Virus record (IMG/VR): IMGVR_UViG_3300014204_000129
Location: 1-64,000 of that record
DNA length: 64,000 nt
Source: a virus
Taxonomy: Duplodnaviria; Caudoviricetes
Direction: 5' to 3' (one strand)
The notes under the pieces were generated by a model that was given only the letters and a program-made list of their open reading frames with translations, did not search any database and was not told the DNA's origin. The position numbers and the translations under genes were made by a program. Of this stretch, positions 55,142 through 64,000 are shown piece by piece (positions within the stretch are counted from its first letter, which is position 1; every line of letters starts with the position of its first letter).

Positions 55142-55852
55142 TTATTCTCCAAGCTTAGCTAGAGTTTCCCAATCTGACCACTGATCTAGTTGCCAAGCAT
55201 AACTATCTCTAAGTATTACCGCTCCATTACACATTATAGGATTATTAGTTGGTTGTATAATATCATACTCAAGTTCACCAGCACAGGTTCCTATTACCAT
55301 ACCTACATATTTACCACTGATATCCTGTGTCTTTGCAATAAGATGCATATGACCAGCAATTACATTACATTGATACTTTGCACAATATTGCGCAATCAAC
55401 CCACCTGGATTAGGGCGGGAGTAGTTACCTGGATGACATATCATCCATGAACCATCTTCTGTCATTGCATAGTACATTCTTGAAAATGATACACGATCAG
55501 ATGTTGTAACCAGACGCTTGAGACGATCTTGTGATATCTGATCCTTACCCAGGCGTTTATATAGTCGCTCTTCATGGTTGCCCATGAGCCACAGTATAGA
55601 AGGAAAGTCTGCTAGTGTTACATCTGTTATATGTTCAGCAGCCGCTAATCCCTGTTCTATTATCTTACTCTCATCATATATGTAAGAAGAGTATTGTTCT
55701 AAATCTAATAGATCACCTAGTATTACCACATTATTAATTCCCCAGGACTTTGCTAACTTTACAACCCTATCTATAAACTCATTGTTTTGATAAGGACAGT
55801 GTAGGTCAGCTAGTACCAGGGTTGAGTTAGGAACGGTTGGAGGAACTAACAC
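55142..55852 (-). CDS. calcineurin-like metallophosphoesterase
   Basis: DLH, GDLLD, GNHE, H, GHxH. Confidence 0.9.
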   Translation of the reverse strand: MLVPPTVPNSTLVLADLHCPYQNNEFIDRVVKLAKSWGINNVVILGDLLDLEQYSSYIYDESKIIEQGLAAAEHITDVTLADFPSILWLMGNHEERLYKRLGKDQISQDRLKRLVTTSDRVSFSRMYYAMTEDGSWMICHPGNYSRPNPGGLIAQYCAKYQCNVIAGHMHLIAKTQDISGKYVGMVIGTCAGELEYDIIQPTNNPIMCNGAVILRDSYAWQLDQWSDWETLAKLGE

Positions 55853-56193
55853 TTATTCCCCCAACCCTATATCAAGTTTAGCGCATAAATCTACTACATC
55901 AGTATGTACAGGGATATTCTTACTATTATTAATAGTCTCCTTAATAAATACTATAAGATTATCATCTATTGAGTGGTCCGATGCACTTGGGTTTGTCCAG
56001 GTCATACTACCATCACTACTAATAATAAGGCCCAGTCTACTCTTTTCTTCTTCAGTAAACTCTAATATATCAATAACTTTTAGTGCTTTATTAACAGTCC
56101 GTAGGTCACCACGGGTACCGGATAGGATGTTAAGTATCAGCGCTCGTTGCCATGTTGTTAGTGTAATTGTTTTCATTCTACCTCACTGCTTCT

Positions 56194-56222
56194 ATTATAC
56201 CACATCTGTGCAACAGGCGCAA
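56194..56222 (-). promoter_or_regulatory. extended -10 promoter
   Basis: TTGCGC-17 bp-TATAAT with TGTGG. Confidence 0.55.
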
Positions 56223-56226
56223 GATG

Positions 56227-56334
56227 CTACTTCTTATCCTTTTTCTTCTTATCCTTATCATCCTTAGATTTGTTATCCTTAGATTTACTATCCTTCGATT
56301 TATCCAACCACGGCGGCAATGTCTTCTTCTTCAT
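56227..56334 (-). CDS. 35-aa Lys/Asp-rich peptide (not in the ORF track)
   Basis: MKKKTLPPWLDKSKDSKSKDNKSKDDKDKKKKDKK with an AGGAG SD. Confidence 0.6.
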   Translation of the reverse strand: MKKKTLPPWLDKSKDSKSKDNKSKDDKDKKKKDKK

Positions 56335-56410
56335 AATATTCTCCTATATACTATTATATCACATCCTGTCAAGACTTTTTCTTCTTCAGGCATACTATTT
56401 TCTCCTAGAT

Positions 56411-56584
56411 TTATGTTAAAGCCTCTTGTAGGCGTTTTAGAGAGACAGTAAGGGCTTCTAAGATCATTGTTAGATCTGCTAGTATTAATTCCACTTGCTC
56501 TCTATTATTGATATTTATGCACTTGACTTGTCCTGGGGGCCCTATAGCTCCTTCATCTTTATCCCTAGATAATAGACATATCAT
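56411..56584 (-). CDS. 57-aa hypothetical protein flanked by 18-bp direct repeats
   Basis: AGGAG SD; TTTCTCCTAGATTTATGT at 56399-56416 and 56588-56605. Confidence 0.55.
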   Translation of the reverse strand: MICLLSRDKDEGAIGPPGQVKCININNREQVELILADLTMILEALTVSLKRLQEALT

Positions 56585-56703
56585 TACTTTCTCCTAGATT
56601 TATGTCTACGTACTTTAGTACCATACTTACGAGCCCAACGCTTAGCAATCTTAGGGTGAAATTTGAACATATACTGCCGCTGCTTTTTAGATTTAAATGG
56701 CAT
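56584..56703 (-). CDS. 39-aa basic peptide (MPFKS type; not in the ORF track)
   Basis: MPFKSKKQRQYMFKFHPKIAKRWARKYG...; AGGAG SD. Confidence 0.65.
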   Translation of the reverse strand: MPFKSKKQRQYMFKFHPKIAKRWARKYGTKVRRHKSRRK

Positions 56704-56707
56704 GGAA

Positions 56708-57988
56708 TTAATCTCCTAGTAATTTAGGATCTGCCCCCATAGTTAGAAGTACTTGTTCATATCGCGCAACTTTACTTGCTAACTGTCTAATAGCACCATT
56801 ATGTAACCGAGCAAGTTTTTTGCCTGAGACGAAGTGATGGCCGTCCTCATTGTAATGAATAATACCCAGTTTACTAAGAAGTTGCTTATTGTCTTCAGTC
56901 CAGTCATCCCAAGCCTTGTCTAATGTGTTATCTACAGTATTACACAGTGCTACGTCATCTATGGAGTCGTAGGCACTACCACTACCATCATATAGATAGT
57001 CCCCGTCTTCATCAACAATAAATACAGTACTTGTATATGTTGCAATAACAAATGTATTGGCATCTGCCCCCTGCCAGGAGGCTCCTGTACCAGACTTCTT
57101 ATAGGCTGCAAATGCTATAGGTGCTGTTGCCGAAGAGCTCTTTGTAGTATCGTCTAAAGTATAATATGCAATTCCTGTAAGAGCGTTGGCATGTGAAGAA
57201 AATCCCCAAAAGGCTAGACCACCATGAACGGCTGCACTTTTTTGGAAAGCACCATAAGTATCTGTTTCAGCATAAGAGGTTCCACCGTGTGCTACGTCAT
57301 CTGATTTAAAAGCTAGTATCTGATTATCATATGTAGATTGATTTATAGTAATACCTACGGTCATATTAGCGTTTGAAGAATCATTAATATATAAGCACCT
57401 TTGTGCCCATATATCCCCTCCACCAGTTACAATAAACTTAGCATAAGAATTATTGTAACTTCTAACAACGAATATATTAGCATTAGTACCAGGGACGGTA
57501 GAATTATCTGAGTCGGCCTTACCCGTATCTATAATAACATACCCAGTGCAACTGCCCCCTTTTGTAGTATCTTCTGTCGTGCCAAGCCCAACAATTTGTA
57601 TACCTTTATAAGCTGTGCTAAAACCACGTAACATTACTCCGCCTGCACCAGTATCTGCTTTAGAAAAGCTACTAAAGGTATCTGCTTCTGTGTATCCTGT
57701 AAAGCTATGAGAAACATCACTGGATTTTAAAGCAAGTATTTCATTATCAGAAGCACCCTGATTAATAGTAAGTCCGATAGTCATTAGACCATTAGCACTA
57801 TCATTAATATATACTTTACTAGTACTTATCTGTGCAGGGATATCAACAGTATTTATAGCACGAAATGTTGGGATAGCGTTGGCACCACTAGTAGGCCCGG
57901 CATAGAAGGTGTTAGCAGGCTCTGTGCCAGATACCCCACCAGTATTTACTATATTCTTTATGCGACCTAATGAATCAAGTACTCTCAT
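56708..57988 (-). CDS. tail fibre-like protein with an internal tandem duplication and a C-terminal chaperone-like coiled coil
   Basis: Two ~140-aa repeats (YINDSxN..MTxGxTINQ..DNxILAxKS); LHNGAIRQL C-terminus. Confidence 0.7.
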   Translation of the reverse strand: MRVLDSLGRIKNIVNTGGVSGTEPANTFYAGPTSGANAIPTFRAINTVDIPAQISTSKVYINDSANGLMTIGLTINQGASDNEILALKSSDVSHSFTGYTEADTFSSFSKADTGAGGVMLRGFSTAYKGIQIVGLGTTEDTTKGGSCTGYVIIDTGKADSDNSTVPGTNANIFVVRSYNNSYAKFIVTGGGDIWAQRCLYINDSSNANMTVGITINQSTYDNQILAFKSDDVAHGGTSYAETDTYGAFQKSAAVHGGLAFWGFSSHANALTGIAYYTLDDTTKSSSATAPIAFAAYKKSGTGASWQGADANTFVIATYTSTVFIVDEDGDYLYDGSGSAYDSIDDVALCNTVDNTLDKAWDDWTEDNKQLLSKLGIIHYNEDGHHFVSGKKLARLHNGAIRQLASKVARYEQVLLTMGADPKLLGD

Positions 57989-58023
57989 ATTTAATCCTTA
58001 TATTGACACACAGTGTCTACCTC

Positions 58024-59880
58024 CTATGAGGGTATGCGGTGGATGGAAACCCAGTTGTGGAAACCCCACTCAGACAAAGATATGGAACCACCAGAGAGTT
58101 GGTATAGACCAATTTGTAGTGTGTCTCCGATGTTCAGCCACACATCCGCGCTTCCATGAAGCGTTTTTGTTTGAGCAGTCGCGCCACTCGCAATGTAATC
58201 ATTGTCACTAAGCTCAGGAGAGTTCACTGTGCCATTGATGACAATGTGGAAAGTAGCAGCTTCTCCGAGAGCCCAGGCAGTGCTGGCCGCGAATGTTATA
58301 CGTGCATCCACATGGTAGATGCCCGGTGTTTGTGCTGTGAAGCGCCAATTTGAACCTGTGATGACCCAGCCGCAGTTGTCATACACCTTGTCTTCGAAGT
58401 TCACTCTGGCATCTGCGCCATAACCAATGCTCTGCTGTGCGTTGGTACTATATCGCACCGCAGGTTGCCACTCATCTCTCGTGCTCACCGCCCCCGGTGA
58501 TGCTGGCATCCCGCAGTCGTACAATGCCTTGACCTCGGTAGCGGAGAGGGCGCGAGGGAGAATGAGTAGGTCGTCAATGAGGCCGTTGGCCCACTCACCT
58601 GGTGTTGTATTACTCCCGACGGTGAAGTGATCGGCAGAGGCTGTGCACGCCGCCTGAGCGCCACTGTTTAGTAAAGTACCATTCATGTACAGGGAAGTTA
58701 TCGCCCCGTCATAGGTGACGACCAAGTGATGCCATGTATCGACACCGAATGCCTGAGCGCTAATTATACGTGTTGCCCATGGTCCCCAACAGCCGATGAC
58801 ATTGCCCTGATCGTATCGCAGGATCACATATCCAGTACCACCATCATACTGGAATAGATTCTGGGAAACGGCTGCCACAGTCTTGTCCGCAACAATCATC
58901 ATCCAACCAGCAACCGTACCTGCCCCCAATGCCAGGTTGCCGACATATGGATAGTTGAACTCGGCAGCCGTCCGGCTACTTGTACTCGCGTGCGCCGTAC
59001 CCGACCAGGTGTGACCACTGCCGAGGCTGCCGTCGCAGTAGGGCGTGGCGTAGGCTTTCAATTCAAGTTGAGCTGCATCCATATAGACTGTGCTATTAGC
59101 AGCGATGAACTGAATGGCCAGCATCGCAGCTACCGTGTTAGCAGGTGCCACGACAGTTGCGCTGATCCGGGTCATCGCAGAAGTGCTGAGTCGTGAGGTA
59201 ATGTCTACCTCAGTAGCAGCAAACCACGCCCCGCCAGCGTTATACCAATTGACCTCATACTTGACCAAGGCACCGGCTGCTAGAGTTACTGCCCCAAGAT
59301 AGGCAGAGACCGAAAGAGATGCCCCGGCAGCGATAGCCACACGCCCCCCGGCTCCTTTCGCGGCATTGGCGTACATCTCGAAGGTTGACTTGCTGTTGCC
59401 GTAGGTAAATGCCAGCTTATAGCACGCTACCCCATAAACGTAGTTGACAAGATCACGACTGGCAACGAGCACAGAGGTGCCAAAGCCATTATTGACGGTA
59501 TTGCAGTCGGTGGCATTCACTTCAGCAGAGGGATTTCCTGCATAGTTGGTCGTAGCCTCTGCTACCTGAAGTGCCTTGCCAAACTTTCCTGGTCGCCAGA
59601 TGACTCCTGTTCCAGCGAAGGAGCCGACCTGTCCGAGGTGCCCATTCGGGTTGCCGGTGAAGTCAGTATTATAAGGCACTGGGCCATCAAAGTGACTAAT
59701 AAGCAATGCATCTGGAAATACATTAGCAACGGGATTAACAGCCCTAACCCACTTACTGGTAGTCGCATCATATACCATTATATCATTATCTTGAGGGCTG
59801 CTTATATTGACGTCAGCAAGATCATCAAGGCCCCCCGCAGATACCTGCTTTATAGCACCGCTACTTGTTAGTACTCTCAT
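58024..59880 (-). CDS. tail/receptor-binding protein with carbohydrate-binding-like, LamG-like and C1q-like domains
   Basis: GKFGKA, AAQLE..ATPY, WHHLVVTYDG...LYMNG...GLIDDL..RALSATEV, RFTAQTPGIYHV. Confidence 0.75.
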   Translation of the reverse strand: MRVLTSSGAIKQVSAGGLDDLADVNISSPQDNDIMVYDATTSKWVRAVNPVANVFPDALLISHFDGPVPYNTDFTGNPNGHLGQVGSFAGTGVIWRPGKFGKALQVAEATTNYAGNPSAEVNATDCNTVNNGFGTSVLVASRDLVNYVYGVACYKLAFTYGNSKSTFEMYANAAKGAGGRVAIAAGASLSVSAYLGAVTLAAGALVKYEVNWYNAGGAWFAATEVDITSRLSTSAMTRISATVVAPANTVAAMLAIQFIAANSTVYMDAAQLELKAYATPYCDGSLGSGHTWSGTAHASTSSRTAAEFNYPYVGNLALGAGTVAGWMMIVADKTVAAVSQNLFQYDGGTGYVILRYDQGNVIGCWGPWATRIISAQAFGVDTWHHLVVTYDGAITSLYMNGTLLNSGAQAACTASADHFTVGSNTTPGEWANGLIDDLLILPRALSATEVKALYDCGMPASPGAVSTRDEWQPAVRYSTNAQQSIGYGADARVNFEDKVYDNCGWVITGSNWRFTAQTPGIYHVDARITFAASTAWALGEAATFHIVINGTVNSPELSDNDYIASGATAQTKTLHGSADVWLNIGDTLQIGLYQLSGGSISLSEWGFHNWVSIHRIPS

Positions 59881-60218
59881 TATGTAGCATCTCCATAACC
59901 AGCTGTAAAGTCGGGGTTAGTAGTAGCTGCGGCTCCCCCCATGACTGCTGTAATACTCTTAGTGGTAGTATCCAGCACTATAACCGACCCATCATCACCC
60001 CACTGCCAGGTATCACCAACCTCTAGTGTGCCTGACCATATAATCCTAGTAGAGGCATTATTAACATACCGCACAGTTACTACTACATCAGCAGTATCTA
60101 CATTACATATTGTTATAGAGCGTACCAATCGTCTTGCACTTGCGCCGGGTGCGGCTACTATTGTTACTGCCGCTGCTCCGTTTAGTGCACCATCATTAGC
60201 CCCTTCTGTAAAAGCCAT
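59880..60218 (-). CDS. small virion structural protein
   Basis: Beta-rich, VRSITICN motif; lies between the collagen and fibre genes. Confidence 0.5.
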   Translation of the reverse strand: MAFTEGANDGALNGAAAVTIVAAPGASARRLVRSITICNVDTADVVVTVRYVNNASTRIIWSGTLEVGDTWQWGDDGSVIVLDTTTKSITAVMGGAAATTNPDFTAGYGDAT

Positions 60219-60237
60219 TACAAACTCCAGTATATAT

Positions 60238-62367
<2,130 letters not shown>

Positions 62368-64000
62368 TTACATACCCCACAGCAATTTTTCCCACTCATT
62401 ACAAACATCGGACCAGTCTACACGAGCTGACTTAATATACTCAAGACAAGCATTTCTATATATATCTATATTATACCACATCTCTTTTGTATATTGAACA
62501 AAATTATGTATGTATAATTTATTTCTTGGGTCTGAGCCTGCAAAATTATTTCCAGAAGCACACAGTGTTTCAGGCAGGGCGCCAAGATTAGAGGTAATCA
62601 TAGGTACGCCTGAAGCCTGCATCTCCAACCCGGTTAGGCAATTATGGACTGCTACAAAATTAGATGTATAAGAATGGTCTTGCTCTACCCCAAGATTATA
62701 GACTTTTCCTGTATAATGAGATAGTTTTACTTCCTTTACTTTCATATAAATATTTCCATTATATTCTAATACTACAGTATTTCCAGATTTGGGGGCATCT
62801 CCACCAAAAATATTATAACAATATTTTTTTCTAAATCCAATAACATGATATGGTCTACCGTTTTTATGGGATACTAAGTGATATGGGTAAACACCTATAG
62901 ATTCTAATAATATTATAATATTGAGCGCTCCTGTCTCGGAAGCAATTTCTAATAAGGCACCTGACTCTCGTATATGACCATCTCCATTAAATACCCCCCT
63001 TATAAAAGCTTTTATAAAATCCGAACTTTGCTTATAAATAAATAATGGTATAGTCTTATGACGAGCAGTGTGAAAGAACTGCGCTTTTAACCAGGTTCCA
63101 AATACAAAACTAGAAAGGGTAACAGTTCTAGTGTTATTATTAATGCGAACTTGGGAACGTATTCCTAGCCTATGGGCCACAGCCTCTATACGGTCAGAGT
63201 ACGCTTGCTCCTTTTTATGTAGAGCAAACGTTATATTACTACTACAATATGATCCTTCAGCAAAATACATACCCAAGAACCACGCAAATTCTTCGTCTAG
63301 TGTTATAAATCTGGGTATGCCGCCCCCTCGTCCAGAACGAACTCGTATACGCCCATCAGAATATTCTGAATAATTGGAATTTATACTCTGTAAATCTTTT
63401 AATATATCCATTGTTATAGAGACGTGACTTGTAGGGGGCACTGGTAACTGAACATAATCACCGACCGTAATTGTACTAGCACAAGCCCACTCTGGTTCAA
63501 CTAACAAACTATTATTGCTATAACCTTGGCCATATCTATAACCCTTTATACGTTTTACTTGGTCTCCTGTAAGGCGACGTATTGGGTGCTCAGGGGTATA
63601 CATGCCAACCAAACCAGAAGAATTCTGTACCTTTAGAGATACCAATTCCCCATCATAGTCCCTACTCATGATTTTTTCTATAGGCATAAATCTATTATTA
63701 TGTGTAAGTACTTTATCATTTATAGTAAGGGATACTATAGGTTTATTACCTTCTTCTGTAAGTATCATATTATCAGGGTGGCAACAAAAACTTTCCTGGA
63801 AGTTATTGGGATATAAGCACAGTGTAGCATCTGACATTTCAGCATATAGATCCTCTTTCTTTAATCGGCCAGTAAAGTGTACATTATAAGGTGCTGCCTT
63901 AGTTAATATTCTATCTCTATACATTTCTGTCTGTCTACGCCAGCTCTCATCCCCCCAAGTTGATAAACCTTCCCAACCATAGGTAACAGTTAGTTTCAGA
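62368..64000 (-). CDS. GT-B (GT4-like) glycosyltransferase with an intein, 5'-partial
   Basis: Spliced exteins read YPNNFQESF|CLTGLEMQASGVPMITSNLGALPE; the frame stays open to the window end. Confidence 0.85.
   Translation of the reverse strand, partial: LKLTVTYGWEGLSTWGDESWRRQTEMYRDRILTKAAPYNVHFTGRLKKEDLYAEMSDATLCLYPNNFQESFCCHPDNMILTEEGNKPIVSLTINDKVLTHNNRFMPIEKIMSRDYDGELVSLKVQNSSGLVGMYTPEHPIRRLTGDQVKRIKGYRYGQGYSNNSLLVEPEWACASTITVGDYVQLPVPPTSHVSITMDILKDLQSINSNYSEYSDGRIRVRSGRGGGIPRFITLDEEFAWFLGMYFAEGSYCSSNITFALHKKEQAYSDRIEAVAHRLGIRSQVRINNNTRTVTLSSFVFGTWLKAQFFHTARHKTIPLFIYKQSSDFIKAFIRGVFNGDGHIRESGALLEIASETGALNIIILLESIGVYPYHLVSHKNGRPYHVIGFRKKYCYNIFGGDAPKSGNTVVLEYNGNIYMKVKEVKLSHYTGKVYNLGVEQDHSYTSNFVAVHNCLTGLEMQASGVPMITSNLGALPETLCASGNNFAGSDPRNKLYIHNFVQYTKEMWYNIDIYRNACLEYIKSARVDWSDVCNEWEKLLWGM
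62641..63786 (-). mobile_element. intein with LAGLIDADG homing endonuclease (382 aa)
   Basis: N-terminal C(C)HPD, block B TPEHP, LGMYFAEG and IRGVFNGDG motifs, VYNLxV and terminal HN followed by Cys+1. Confidence 0.92.

Noticed and set aside
56708-59880. Diversity-generating retroelement target in the fibre genes
   Set aside because: No reverse transcriptase and no adenine-specific TR/VR repeat pair seen in the window.

Overview
This window is a 64-kb segment of a large tailed-phage genome. The endolysin domains suggest a Chloroflexota-like host, but that is an inference. The window has three transcriptional blocks. (1) 1-11 kb, minus strand: class II ribonucleotide reductase, nucleotide-pool enzymes (MazG-like, nucleoside 2-deoxyribosyltransferase), an HslV-like peptidase, a methyltransferase and small paralogous ORFs. 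(2) A repeat-rich control region at ~11.0-13.8 kb, possibly the genome end or origin. It is followed by a plus-strand block to 49.6 kb with dozens of small early-type ORFs separated by long SD-proximal hairpins, then a GHKL ATPase, a MoxR AAA/VWA pair, a DinG helicase, a nucleotidyltransferase, an SSB, an ERCC4 nuclease, a PD-(D/E)XK nuclease and an annealing protein. (3) 49.7-64 kb, minus strand: lysis genes, tail/fibre genes, a GXT collagen and an intein-containing glycosyltransferase. The most notable observations are these. Two homologous ~50-bp palindromic sites lie 38 kb apart in inverted orientation; one is in the putative origin region and the other overlaps the stop codon of a zinc-finger Rep-like gene inside the lysis module. 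Nine RNase III-like stem-loops abut ribosome-binding sites in the early region. A GC-rich single-gene cassette is bracketed by TTGACATAAC repeats with hairpin spacers. Iteron-like CGGGACAA repeats precede a degenerate LAGLIDADG-like gene. All protein family calls come from motif recognition by eye; no database searches were run.
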